This document shows, piece by piece, positions 8,151 to 17,868 of a DNA stretch of 63,559 nt (the first letter of the stretch is position 1; every line of letters starts with the position of its first letter). Under the pieces are notes generated by a model. That model was given only the letters and a program-made list of their open reading frames with translations, was not told the DNA's origin and did no database searches. This DNA comes from a virus. Its lineage: Duplodnaviria > Caudoviricetes. The position numbers were made by a program, and so were the translations under genes. The DNA lies in the IMG/VR virus record IMGVR_UViG_3300036979_000143, positions 1 through 63,559 of that record, one strand, 5' to 3'.

Positions 8151-10562
8151 TTATGCGGCAGTAGGTGGTTTTGCCGGGTGAGATACGCTTTGAACAACAC
8201 CGCTTTGGCCTCCCATATTCATGAACGAATCGGGCTGTTGTCCGGGAGCAGGAGCAGGCTGACTAGGTGCTTGCCTGCCACCTCCTGAAGGAGATGCTGC
8301 CGCAGGAGCAAGCTCTGGCGGAGGAGGAACATTCTGCCCTGCCGTGATGTGTGTAACTGCCTGCTTATACAGATCCCTAAACTTGGCAACCTCTTCCTTG
8401 TTTGCTCCTTTGGCTTCTGCTTGCGCGATGTGACCAGCGAAATGCTTCATCGCTTCGATTAGCGGTGCAACTCCTTCGGGTGGCAACGATCCGTTGGGGA
8501 TGCTCTGGAAGACAGGCATTAGCTTCTGCGCCATCGTGGACAAGTGAACAACATCATTGTCGCGAGGAGACACAGGAACTTCCTGCCCGGCGATGATTGC
8601 TTGAAGCTCCAGCACCTGTTGCCGGGTAGCCTCAATCGCAATAGCCTCGATCTGATCCTTCGGAAGAATTACAGATTTCGCAATAGTGTCTCCCATCTTC
8701 TTGCTCCAATCCAGACGCATCAGTTCGTCCTGATTGACGTTCGGGTTTCCTGAGTACCGCTGGATCAGCGAATCCAGAATCATTACGTCCTGTTGAGCGG
8801 TGTCTTGGGTGAGTTGAGCAGCCGGGCTGTATGCCATGAGCATGATGTCGGATGGCGGAATATTCTGCTCAATCATAGACAGACAGCATGAGATTGCGTC
8901 CTCGTCCAAGTGAGGAGGAACTTCAAACGGAACTAGGAATGTCGGGAGTTCCATGAAGGATCTATCGAAAGCGCCCACCACTTCACGCTTTGCCCAAACG
9001 GCATCGGGAATCTGTTGGCGTTTGATGTCCAGCAGAGTTTTGAGTTCAGCCGCAGCTTTGACATGTTCCGGGTGACAGATCCCACGTTGCATGCGTTCGA
9101 CTGCTTTAGAAAATTGCCTGCTAAAACGCATCAGCACTCCTTCGCGAAGCTGGTTTTCAATAGCAGCAACACGATTAACTTCTGAAGCGGTTTTCCTAGA
9201 CTGTGTTTCTACGGGAGATCCGGGAAGGAATGTTCCAACCTGAATTTCAGCTAGGTTACTGGCAAACTGGTCTAGGCGAAGAAAATCATCTACGTCTGCC
9301 GGGACATTCTGCGGAACAACCTCGTATCCTTCCGACACGAAAGCCACAGGATGATGGACAGTCAAAGGAGGCACGCCAACCTTGGCATTCGGGCCTTTCT
9401 TCAGCAGGAGAAGTCCTTTCAAATAAGAGTTGTCAATGACCAGATTCCTCGCCTTTTCAATGGCAATGTGGGAGTTGTATAGGTCGCGCCCTGCTCCCCT
9501 GCTGGACATCAGGCTTCCTGATCCCACCTCTACCGCAAACAGGGCAATGCACTCGCTCATGTTGTTGTAGCGATCCAGTTGCGTGCAGATTTCTTTTCCA
9601 GATTTGTCGTCGAACAAGAATCGGCTGATTTTGCCATGAGGCTCCTTGATAAGAAGCTCTCCTAGCTCAACATATTTCGCATCGTTCTCGTAGCTGGCAC
9701 CATAGCTTCCTTCGCGAGTCCAATCCTCGTACCTTCTTGCGTCTTCGTCCGCATCAAGCGTCCTCCCGGCAGGAATCGCGTTGTTGATTGATTCCACAAG
9801 ATTGTTGATATGCCAGCCTGCGGCGGCAGAAATCTCCGGGTCTTCAAGAACAGGAAGGAGATCAGCAATCTGGTATCTGCGCTTCCTCGCCCAAATTGGT
9901 GTCTGATCTGCCACTTGAGGTGTTTCGATGCTGAAAAAAGTGTAGTCTTGCCTCAAGAACTCTGGTTTCCAATCGCGCATATCGTCCCAGCATAGAGCGC
10001 AATAACCAAAGGTAGTGTTTTCATGGACAACTTGAGCAAGAAGGTCATCAAACCCACTCCACCCACGAACGCATTTTGTAACCGCATCACGAAATACTTT
10101 TGTCTTTTGCTCTGCGTCAACGGACTCAATCGGATACTTGGCAAACGTGATCGTTGTGGCCTGCTCGACCACTTGACGGAAAGGAGGCTGAATACGGCTT
10201 ACCATCGTAGAAAGAAACCCGGTTGGGCGATTGCTGCGCCAGTTTTGCCCCATGCTTTCCAGCTTCTTATTCTGATAGGGTGGCTCCAGATTCAGCTTTT
10301 TTTGAATAAGCTGATTCTTTTTGTTGCGCTCTACGTTCTGCTGTTTGAGCCTGCGGTATGCGCTGTGCGCCTGTTCTGTGTCTCTGAATGTTCGCCTGAC
10401 TTGAAGAGTTTTCGGATTGACTGTTTCTGAATTGCCTGTGCTTGGATCAACTACCTCAAGATCCAGAATCCTTGGTTTGTCGTGCGAATCAGAAATCCTT
10501 GCAGACCTATTTGCAAACTCGTCTGTAATGATCGGGTCTAGCGGTTTTAGTATTGTAGCCAT
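8151..10562 (-). CDS. Portal protein
   Basis: 803 aa, KTASEV motif typical of podovirus portals, Pro/Gln-rich C-tail, position between terminase and scaffold. Confidence 0.8.
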   Translation of the reverse strand: MATILKPLDPIITDEFANRSARISDSHDKPRILDLEVVDPSTGNSETVNPKTLQVRRTFRDTEQAHSAYRRLKQQNVERNKKNQLIQKKLNLEPPYQNKKLESMGQNWRSNRPTGFLSTMVSRIQPPFRQVVEQATTITFAKYPIESVDAEQKTKVFRDAVTKCVRGWSGFDDLLAQVVHENTTFGYCALCWDDMRDWKPEFLRQDYTFFSIETPQVADQTPIWARKRRYQIADLLPVLEDPEISAAAGWHINNLVESINNAIPAGRTLDADEDARRYEDWTREGSYGASYENDAKYVELGELLIKEPHGKISRFLFDDKSGKEICTQLDRYNNMSECIALFAVEVGSGSLMSSRGAGRDLYNSHIAIEKARNLVIDNSYLKGLLLLKKGPNAKVGVPPLTVHHPVAFVSEGYEVVPQNVPADVDDFLRLDQFASNLAEIQVGTFLPGSPVETQSRKTASEVNRVAAIENQLREGVLMRFSRQFSKAVERMQRGICHPEHVKAAAELKTLLDIKRQQIPDAVWAKREVVGAFDRSFMELPTFLVPFEVPPHLDEDAISCCLSMIEQNIPPSDIMLMAYSPAAQLTQDTAQQDVMILDSLIQRYSGNPNVNQDELMRLDWSKKMGDTIAKSVILPKDQIEAIAIEATRQQVLELQAIIAGQEVPVSPRDNDVVHLSTMAQKLMPVFQSIPNGSLPPEGVAPLIEAMKHFAGHIAQAEAKGANKEEVAKFRDLYKQAVTHITAGQNVPPPPELAPAAASPSGGGRQAPSQPAPAPGQQPDSFMNMGGQSGVVQSVSHPAKPPTAA

Positions 10563-10565
10563 ATA

Positions 10566-11144
10566 TTAGATATTCATCCAGCAGTTGTCGGGAAGAGAAG
10601 AAGACTTGTGAATGTGCTCTTTGTCAAAGAAAATAGCTGTCCTGTTGTCGTGACGCATCAAAGAGCAACCACCAAGTACCTGACTTGATGGCGTGTCTCT
10701 GCCCTGCCTGACACTCGCACAAATCCTGTCAGTCGCGTTGACACAGCTATTGCAACCAGACCTCCAGTTTACATTATTAGAGCATCCACGGCACGTTTTT
10801 GCGCGTTCTTCGGCAAGTTCATCGTTAACCAAAACGTGTTTCTGGTTGCTGTGCAGAATGTTCTTCGCCCACATCTGAATATCATTCAGCAATTCAGAAG
10901 AAGCTGTAGGAGCATTGATAGAAGTGATGGCAACCATGTCAACGCCATGGCAGAAAGTAGGCCAATTCGTGCAAATGAAAGAATTGACATCTCCTTCGAT
11001 GTCGCCTGCCGGGAGATTGTTTTCTGCGCGATAGGATTCAACTGCTTTGATTAGAGAATCATAGCTATGTCCAGTTATTTTTGCATCACCATCAATGTAA
11101 TGCCATCCACCGGGGGGAATCATTCCGATAATAGGTTTAGCCAT
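10566..11144 (-). CDS. Cys-rich hypothetical protein (9 Cys, two CxxC)
   Basis: CRGC and CNSC motifs; abuts the portal gene. Confidence 0.7.
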   Translation of the reverse strand: MAKPIIGMIPPGGWHYIDGDAKITGHSYDSLIKAVESYRAENNLPAGDIEGDVNSFICTNWPTFCHGVDMVAITSINAPTASSELLNDIQMWAKNILHSNQKHVLVNDELAEERAKTCRGCSNNVNWRSGCNSCVNATDRICASVRQGRDTPSSQVLGGCSLMRHDNRTAIFFDKEHIHKSSSLPDNCWMNI

Positions 11145-11186
11145 ATTTGGTAGGTATGTTATTTAGAATGTTGAAGCAAGTCGATT

Positions 11187-12152
11187 TTAACAGATTACGG
11201 AGCAAATCGTTTGCGAAACGCTCTTTGGCTCGTGATGTTTGAGGCATTCCCGTCCATTTTCTATCAATTTGGGATCTGGATCAGATTTCAAAACTTGAGC
11301 TAATTCAAACGAATCGAACACGGAAATGCAGTTAAATCCGTGTTTCATTTCTCCTTGATCGCCAAGTGTCCACTTCCTATTGAGAACCAAAGTTGCCCCA
11401 GCGTCCCATGCCTCAAGGAAAGTGTATTGCGATCCAGACCCGTCTTGTTTAATGGCCGACATATCTACTGCAAACTTCGCAGTAGCCGCTAGCTTTGCGC
11501 CAGCACCAGATTCTTTAGGGAATTTGCCAAAATATAGCTCTTTCCATCTCGGGAACTGATTGTCTAGTTTGTGGAAAGCATACATTCGGTTCTCTGCGCC
11601 GAAGACATGGCAACGCAAATCACTATCAAGCAATAGGTTAGCTCCACAAATCAGGTTAGTGTGCTTATCCCAATCAATTCTTGAGTACGCTACAGCATTC
11701 CTGATCTTTTTGGCAACAGGACGAACAGAGCAGTACGGATGAGGGAGATAATGCGCTTTCAGTCCTTTGCTTTCGATTACGGGAATCATGTTCCAGCGAA
11801 TTCCGAAAATATGTTTAGCCTTCTGGTAGAACGGCATACGTTCTGCTGTCAGTTCCGTGGGATCATGGATTACATATGTGAGTTTGTTGGGAATGCGCTT
11901 GAAAAGCTGGCTCGTCTTCTTATCAAGAGCCGTGATTACTTTTGCGCCGGGAAGTTCAGCTACGGCATCGGCGGTGATCTTCTGTGCATAGACATTGCCA
12001 GAATACAACTCCTTGATATTACCGAACTTATTACCTACGACGAATAGATGAACATTATTACCCTGCTGTGATAAGCAGTTGAAAAGATGCTCGGTGAAGC
12101 TGACCCATCCGCCAAACTTTGGTTCGGCAGCGTAGATGAGATTGATCCTCAC
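11187..12152 (-). CDS. GT-B fold glycosyltransferase, TET/JBP-associated
   Basis: KFGGWVSF, IHDPTE, SRIDWDKH and GSQYTFLEAWDAG motifs; start overlaps the TET stop. Confidence 0.75.
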   Translation of the reverse strand: MRINLIYAAEPKFGGWVSFTEHLFNCLSQQGNNVHLFVVGNKFGNIKELYSGNVYAQKITADAVAELPGAKVITALDKKTSQLFKRIPNKLTYVIHDPTELTAERMPFYQKAKHIFGIRWNMIPVIESKGLKAHYLPHPYCSVRPVAKKIRNAVAYSRIDWDKHTNLICGANLLLDSDLRCHVFGAENRMYAFHKLDNQFPRWKELYFGKFPKESGAGAKLAATAKFAVDMSAIKQDGSGSQYTFLEAWDAGATLVLNRKWTLGDQGEMKHGFNCISVFDSFELAQVLKSDPDPKLIENGRECLKHHEPKSVSQTICSVIC

Positions 12153-12991
12153 GCTGTTGTCTCTGATTTGAGTTTTTCTTTAGCTTGGTCGGAACGCTTT
12201 CGCTCGTATTCCGTCCTGCGGTTGCGAAGAATCTCCAGTTCAGTTCCCGGAGTCTCGCAATTCCACATCTGCTGAAGGCTGTAATAGACAATCGTGTATC
12301 GCTTTGCGTCCGGGTGAGTCTTCCTGATTGGGGTAACGCCATGAAGAATGCCCTGTCCGTCGAAAAGAGATAGGGATTTGTCGCTGATCTTTAGATGAAT
12401 GTCGATCTCTGGCATGGCAAGGTATCCACCTTCGATGCCTTTCTTGAACCCGAACATGGCAGAATATACGCCTCGGTAGTTGCCTGCGTCAAAATGGTAT
12501 AACAGGGGATTGTTATCGTTGATGATGCCGCTAGTGAACATCGTGTCTCCCATGCGGTAGTTGCCGAGAACCTTTTCATCAGTCAGTTGTTGGTGCATAG
12601 CTGCCAACTCTGGATTGCCTGTGCGGTAGTATTTAGCCGCAACGGAAGCAGCTTTCATAATTGCTTTATGGTGTTCAGGTGCGTCGCCGGCAAGCGAGGT
12701 TGCCCGGCAAGGCGCATTACGAAGAACATTACGGGGAGCGTACCCGAAGATCCTTGAAGTCGTTACAAGACCACTGGTGCGCGTTGACTTGTCATAGCGG
12801 ATCTTGGTCAAAGCGTCATAGAACGCTGTCAAATCCTCTGGAACCCGGTCGATGTAAATGATCGCCAACTTCCCGTCGATGTAAATGAGCGCATCCTCGG
12901 CAACAATTTGAGAGCAATCCTTCTCGTCTGCCCTGCGGAAGCGGTATTGTTTTACGTCAATATCACGCCTTGTTGCGTGTATGATCTTCAT
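12149..12991 (-). CDS. TET/JBP-family 2OG-Fe(II) dioxygenase
   Basis: HFD (HxD), GGYLAMPE, HGVTPI (distal His) and RYTIVYY (2OG-binding Arg). Confidence 0.88.
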   Translation of the reverse strand: MKIIHATRRDIDVKQYRFRRADEKDCSQIVAEDALIYIDGKLAIIYIDRVPEDLTAFYDALTKIRYDKSTRTSGLVTTSRIFGYAPRNVLRNAPCRATSLAGDAPEHHKAIMKAASVAAKYYRTGNPELAAMHQQLTDEKVLGNYRMGDTMFTSGIINDNNPLLYHFDAGNYRGVYSAMFGFKKGIEGGYLAMPEIDIHLKISDKSLSLFDGQGILHGVTPIRKTHPDAKRYTIVYYSLQQMWNCETPGTELEILRNRRTEYERKRSDQAKEKLKSETTA

Positions 12992-12993
12992 GG

Positions 12994-13647
12994 TTATTCC
13001 TGCTTGGAATTGATGTCGTATCCGTTCGACTCAAGAATATGGCTGATTACCTCCGTATTATTGGAGAGGCCAAACTTCTCGGCATAGTCACCCATAGCGT
13101 CAACTACCTTGGCATACTCCTCAAGAGGGTAAACTAGGATAATCTGGCGAACGCTTGCGTCCTCAAGATTCCCGGCTTCGTCCTTGGGGGTGCGAGCATT
13201 GTCCTCATTGGTGATGGTTTCCATCTCTTGACCAATTTGCGTGAACATCTCTAGCTCTGCGGTGGAGAACCCAAGAATCTCTAGGTCGATCTCCGTCTCC
13301 TTCAGGTCAGCCAACTCTAGCTTCAACATCTCCTCGTCCCACCCGGCGTTGAGCGCGATGCGGTTGTCAGCAATGACGTAGGCTCGCTTCTGCGTGTCGG
13401 TAAGATGTTCAAGGCGAATGCAAGGAACTTTCTCAAGCTGAAGTTTCTGTGCGGCGAGAACTCTGCCGTGGCCGGCAATAATGTCATTGTCGAACCCGAC
13501 AAGGACAGGGTTATTGAAACCAAACTCACGGATACTTGCGGCGATCTGCGCAACTTGAGCCTCGTTGTGAGTGCGACTGTTCCTAGCGTAAGGGATCAGT
13601 TTATTCAGTTCAATTTGTTCGATTTGAGGAGATTGATTTTTCTTCAT
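12994..13647 (-). CDS. ParB/Srx N-terminal domain protein
   Basis: PYARNSRTH, SIREFGF, IIAGHGR and IADNR motifs; no methyltransferase domain attached. Confidence 0.9.
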   Translation of the reverse strand: MKKNQSPQIEQIELNKLIPYARNSRTHNEAQVAQIAASIREFGFNNPVLVGFDNDIIAGHGRVLAAQKLQLEKVPCIRLEHLTDTQKRAYVIADNRIALNAGWDEEMLKLELADLKETEIDLEILGFSTAELEMFTQIGQEMETITNEDNARTPKDEAGNLEDASVRQIILVYPLEEYAKVVDAMGDYAEKFGLSNNTEVISHILESNGYDINSKQE

Positions 13648-13773
13648 ATTGATTAGTGCTGGATTTTTAATTCACCTATGAGGGGAATGGCAAGGATTAT
13701 TTCAAACGCACAGAATGTATTCATGATTCATTTGATGCAGTCAAGATAAACCATGTTGTTGGCGTCAACAAAA

Positions 13774-13849
13774 TGGTGGCAGAGGTTGGAATTGAATCAA
13801 CTATCTCTCACGTTATGAGCGTGGCGACTTACCGTTTGTCCTCTCTGCT
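13774..13849 (-). tRNA. tRNA with CAT anticodon (Met/Ile2), partly degenerate
   Basis: Cloverleaf, loop CTCATAA, encoded CCA; mismatches in acceptor, anticodon and T stems. Confidence 0.75.
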
Positions 13850-13856
13850 ATGAAAT

Positions 13857-13932
13857 TGGCACAGCCCCTCCGAATTGAACGGAGCCAGCAAGATTTGGAG
13901 TCTCGCTCGCCAACCTTGGAACATTGGACTGC
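13857..13932 (-). tRNA. tRNA-Trp(CCA)
   Basis: CGAGA-CTCCAAA-TCTTG anticodon arm, GTTCAATTC T-loop, G discriminator plus CCA. Confidence 0.85.
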
Positions 13933-13984
13933 GTTACAAACCCTACACATCTTTGCAAATATGGCAAGGTTTTGTATAGAAATT

Positions 13985-14058
13985 TGGCTACCCCTCATGG
14001 ATTCGAACCATGAATCTCTCCTCCAAAGGGAGATGTGTTACCGTTACACCAAAGGGTA
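13985..14058 (-). tRNA. tRNA-Gln(TTG)
   Basis: TCTCC-CTTTGGA-GGAGA arm, GGTTCGAATCC, GCCA end. Confidence 0.92.
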
Positions 14059-14063
14059 TTGCG

Positions 14064-15944
14064 CTAGTCAGAGAAGTCCACGAATTCCATTCCGTCAACC
14101 ACGCTCTTAAGTTTCATGTCTGAATTATCCACCTGACGTTTTGTTTCAGTCATGGAGGCTGTTGATCCTGACCTTTGACGCATTAAATATACGAGAATAG
14201 ACAGGGAATCAAGAGCATCCGGGCTACTGGATCTGGTTCGTTTGCAGTATTCTCCTTTGCTTTCCACCCTGACCATGCCCTTGCCTTTTTGTTTGTAGCG
14301 ACGAGCAGTTGCTTGCCTGACAAGATCCTCGTTGCGGAAGCCGGGAGAAATCTTCAGGTATTCAAACTCTAGATATTTTGCTAGCCCGAATAGCAGTTCC
14401 GTAACTACTCCGTTGTATAGCTCGTTAGCCTTTTGGCTGTCTTCACCTAGGATGTGGGTATCGGAAGCTGCCCATGAATAGTTGATTCCCATGACTTCCG
14501 TGCCAAATAAAGTGCAAAGGCTATCGTGAATGCCTGACCCATTGCCTGTGCGGTCAACGGCTAGCCAGTTCGGTGCTATTCTCATCTGCTTGCAGAAGCG
14601 TATAATTGCTTGCGTTTGCTCTAGCGTGGCTCGCTTCGGGAATGGCATCTGCGAATCCAGTTGCAGAGCAATCCTAGGTTGCTTGAATTCGTGAAACGTC
14701 CCGGCTTGATCAGTCCATCCATCGCATAGGCCAAAGCGTCCGTAGCTACAAAGAACCTGATCGTTGCCTTCAAGAGCCAAATCGAATGCGGCAAGAGGAA
14801 CAACCGGGCCTACGAAACGAAGCATACCCATAGCGTTATTCATCATGGCCGGGGTGATGATCGACATGGCTTGCCCTTCCTCGGGGAACCAACCTCTCGC
14901 CATCGTCATTGCTTCTGCCGTGCGACCACGGGACATATATCCCATGAATCCTTGGTATGTCTGCAATCCTTGGTATACGATCTTGCGCTCAACTACGTTC
15001 TCGCACCGGGCAGCGTCTAGGCGAAGAACATGAAAGCCTTCCTTGGATTCCCACTCGAAATCCTCCTCGCAGTCGATTGATGACCAACCATCCCTTGGCT
15101 CACAGCGTTGACCGAAATCGCTAGTGCGATCCTTCGGGTTGCTGGCTCCGAAGATTTTGATATGTCCGGGAGAGCCTTCAATATCTGCCGTAGAGATAAT
15201 GTTGTTGATACCTTCCCACACGCCAGCCGGGACTTCCTCGGCTTCGTCTAGGATTACATGAGTACGGGATAAACGACCCCATCGTTTATGAGCAGAACCG
15301 AAACGTGGGGTGGGATGGAACCCGCGTAGTGTTCCGTGACCAGACTCGCCTTTCGGGATTGCGACCAGATGAATACCCTGTTTGGCATCGTCGCTGGCTT
15401 GGATCGAAGTAACTAGGTCTTCAGTCTTGTGGAACTCTGGACGAACAAGTGCCGTGCGATGGAAGTTCTTGATGCTGGCAAAGATATTGCGTTCGGCGTG
15501 TTCACGGGTCAAAGAGATGGTCTTGATATTGGTGTAGAAAGGGTCTCGGAACCAGTCGAGATAGAACCACGCGGCAGCACCGAAAGATTTGCCCATAGCT
15601 CCTGCGCCTTGGATTAGGAGAAGATCGTGATCGAACAGGCAACGCCAAGAGTCGCGAGAGGATTTAGGCCTCCAATCATAGACTTCCTGACCCCACAGGA
15701 TGGTTGCCCCGGCTTCGAAATGATCCTTGTCTAGTAGGTGCTGAACGAATTGAAGAGTGATTTGCTTTGCTAGTTTTATGTCTATCTCAAGTTCTTTGGG
15801 AGGATTTGCCGACCCCTCGCCTAGGATGATCTCTGCGGCGTGCAGGATGCCTCTCTCCTCGTCGGAATCGACAGCGGCACGGATCTTCTCGGCTATTTTG
15901 ATTGCAGACTCTACGGAACGAGTCGGTGCTTTTATTTGATTCAT
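14064..15944 (-). CDS. terL: Terminase large subunit
   Basis: Walker A GAGAMGKS, Walker B VILDEAEE, ASNP motif, RNase H-like acidic residues FDLA, VDRTG and PDALDS. Confidence 0.92.
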   Translation of the reverse strand: MNQIKAPTRSVESAIKIAEKIRAAVDSDEERGILHAAEIILGEGSANPPKELEIDIKLAKQITLQFVQHLLDKDHFEAGATILWGQEVYDWRPKSSRDSWRCLFDHDLLLIQGAGAMGKSFGAAAWFYLDWFRDPFYTNIKTISLTREHAERNIFASIKNFHRTALVRPEFHKTEDLVTSIQASDDAKQGIHLVAIPKGESGHGTLRGFHPTPRFGSAHKRWGRLSRTHVILDEAEEVPAGVWEGINNIISTADIEGSPGHIKIFGASNPKDRTSDFGQRCEPRDGWSSIDCEEDFEWESKEGFHVLRLDAARCENVVERKIVYQGLQTYQGFMGYMSRGRTAEAMTMARGWFPEEGQAMSIITPAMMNNAMGMLRFVGPVVPLAAFDLALEGNDQVLCSYGRFGLCDGWTDQAGTFHEFKQPRIALQLDSQMPFPKRATLEQTQAIIRFCKQMRIAPNWLAVDRTGNGSGIHDSLCTLFGTEVMGINYSWAASDTHILGEDSQKANELYNGVVTELLFGLAKYLEFEYLKISPGFRNEDLVRQATARRYKQKGKGMVRVESKGEYCKRTRSSSPDALDSLSILVYLMRQRSGSTASMTETKRQVDNSDMKLKSVVDGMEFVDFSD

Positions 15945-15974
15945 TTGTTGCTTTTTTAAGCTATGCGTTAATTA

Positions 15975-16223
15975 TTGGCAATCGACATAACTGGAATGAT
16001 GAACCAATACGAGCAGAATCAGAAGTTCATTTTCACGGAGGCTTGCAAACTGGCGTCTGGAGGCGAGGAGTTTTCCCATCTGCTGAAGATTATGACTCCT
16101 GAATTCGCTTTGAGGTTGAAGATATACGTTCAGGGATTGCCATTGGAGACTGCTAGGAAAACGATTTATGGTTCAGTAGTGACTGCTGGGATGCAGGAGA
16201 AGAAGAAAAGAAAGAGAGCCTAG
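15975..16223 (+). CDS. Hypothetical protein with basic C-terminus; only credible plus-strand gene (start possibly 15996)
   Basis: Fills an otherwise empty gap between terL and tRNA-Thr. Confidence 0.55.
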   Translation: MAIDITGMMNQYEQNQKFIFTEACKLASGGEEFSHLLKIMTPEFALRLKIYVQGLPLETARKTIYGSVVTAGMQEKKKRKRA

Positions 16224-16287
16224 CCGCAGAATCGAACTGCGAACTGGAGATTACAAATCACCCGTTTTGCCATTAAACTAGCTAGGC
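16217..16287 (-). tRNA. tRNA-Thr(TGT), no encoded CCA
   Basis: GCCTAGC/GCTAGGC acceptor stem, loop TTTGTAA, GTTCGATTC. Confidence 0.85.
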
Positions 16288-16313
16288 TTATCAATAATGA
16301 TAAATACAGATTG

Positions 16314-16520
16314 TCAGTCTAGGTTGAGACCTATGTCCTGCATAATCTCGTTAAACTCCTCCATGATTTGCGGCATAATTTCGGGATGGTCGCCATCGTG
16401 ATTCAGCTTCCACAGATATTGATGCATTCTCCAAGCGAAAAGATACCAATCCGTTGCCCTGACAGCATGAAGATGCTCTTGGCTTTCTTCTGGCAGTTTG
16501 AATTCAAGAGTCGCTTTCAT
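16314..16520 (-). CDS. Small phage hypothetical protein
   Basis: MKATLEFKLPE N-terminus, common in small phage proteins. Confidence 0.65.
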   Translation of the reverse strand: MKATLEFKLPEESQEHLHAVRATDWYLFAWRMHQYLWKLNHDGDHPEIMPQIMEEFNEIMQDIGLNLD

Positions 16521-16689
16521 TGGAGTAGATAATTGCGTCTGCGAAATCGTGGATTTCTTTGGTTTTGCCTAGACTGTTGAGTCTTTGTATCAGTCTCAGG
16601 CAGGATACCAATTGGCTGTTTGGTTGTCGCATGGCACCTGCCAAGTCGATCATTTCTTTGGTCATGTATTTTTTCTCGTGTTTTCTCAT
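16504..16689 (-). CDS. Hypothetical protein
   Basis: Overlaps both neighbours in operon fashion. Confidence 0.5.
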   Translation of the reverse strand: MRKHEKKYMTKEMIDLAGAMRQPNSQLVSCLRLIQRLNSLGKTKEIHDFADAIIYSNESDS

Positions 16690-17255
16690 ATTGTGTTGAT
16701 TTGGTCTTGGTCTAAATCCATTGGTGCGTCCTCAAACTGCGTGAAGTCAACTTCAGGCGCAGCCGGGTCGGGTTGTGGCAAAGCGTGTTGTGGAGCATCG
16801 TCGATAATATCTGCTTCTATGACATCGCCATTTTCAGGCCGGGTGTTTCTTCCCTGAATCTTGAAGGTTAGCTTCAGGCTACTGGCAACTATCTCATGGC
16901 GTTCGGGAGCGAACTCCCCGGCTAGCTTGGCATCCATCTGCATAGCGGCAAGACGATCGAAGATTGCAACGATGCCTCCTGCCTTGTTGCGGATAACCTT
17001 GGTAGGGAATTGCCCTTCGACCATTTGGCGCAGGATTTCCCGTTTCCTGCTAATCGTCATTACCGACCGGGTGGCTACTTCCTCGCGTATTTCAGCGATT
17101 CGGCTTTTGACTTCCGGGCGATGGTAAACCTTGTGACCTAGAACGTGCGGAGCATTAACATGAGGCATGAGCTTCTTGTATGCTTCAGTTTGCGTCTCTC
17201 CTTCAGCGATCAACCAAGCGAATCTTTCATGCAATTTATTTTGTAGCGGCGGCAT
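16686..17255 (-). CDS. Terminase small subunit
   Basis: HERFAWLIAEGETQTEAYK...PEVKSRIAEIR HTH-type TerS pattern; start re-set to 17255. Confidence 0.75.
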   Translation of the reverse strand: MPPLQNKLHERFAWLIAEGETQTEAYKKLMPHVNAPHVLGHKVYHRPEVKSRIAEIREEVATRSVMTISRKREILRQMVEGQFPTKVIRNKAGGIVAIFDRLAAMQMDAKLAGEFAPERHEIVASSLKLTFKIQGRNTRPENGDVIEADIIDDAPQHALPQPDPAAPEVDFTQFEDAPMDLDQDQINTI

Positions 17256-17407
17256 GGCGTGGTTTTTAACTAGAGTAGTATTTAACCGCAAGCGGAATGT
17301 TGTTCATAAGAGAAGTGATGTCCGTTTTACTCTGTTCAAACAGAATCTTCTTGACGCTTAACCGTATTACCCCCCTTATGATCCCCCTTATTGAGTAACT
17401 TTTCATA

Positions 17408-17611
17408 TTATCGGTCGAGTTTATTCAAAAGATTGGCTTCTCGTTTTTCATCGACCCACTCAAACACCCGTTTCCGGCATTCTTCGAGCGTATCTGCCCG
17501 AGCGATCAGTTCTCCTCCCTCCTCACTAGGTTCCAGAGAGTTCACGCGGTAGGCCCAGTAACTTCCATTCCACGGTCTATAATTGATGAATGTTGCTGAT
17601 GTTTTTTTCAT
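17408..17611 (-). CDS. Hypothetical protein
   Basis: Coupled ORF. Confidence 0.55.
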   Translation of the reverse strand: MKKTSATFINYRPWNGSYWAYRVNSLEPSEEGGELIARADTLEECRKRVFEWVDEKREANLLNKLDR

Positions 17612-17868
17612 TTTTCGATTCTATACAGGTGGAACCTGAGTGCTTTGGGCTCGTCGGGTTTTTCCATGAAGTAGACTTGGGCATTCTCCAACCCGAGTCC
17701 GGCATCCATCAAAAAGGTCTCTAGCTGACGAGCCAGCTCCATTCCTTCGTCGATCTTGATGTCGTTCCCGGTTAGCAGGTCTCGTGCGAATTTTCGTAGT
17801 TTGGGGTTGATGTTCATTCTAAGAAAAGTCCGCGATCTTTTATGTGGCGCTGATGGCTTGGTATTCAT
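17608..17868 (-). CDS. Hypothetical protein
   Basis: Coupled ORF. Confidence 0.55.
   Translation of the reverse strand: MNTKPSAPHKRSRTFLRMNINPKLRKFARDLLTGNDIKIDEGMELARQLETFLMDAGLGLENAQVYFMEKPDEPKALRFHLYRIEK

Noticed and set aside
16217-16287. attP site in tRNA-Thr
   Set aside because: No integrase recognised anywhere in the genome
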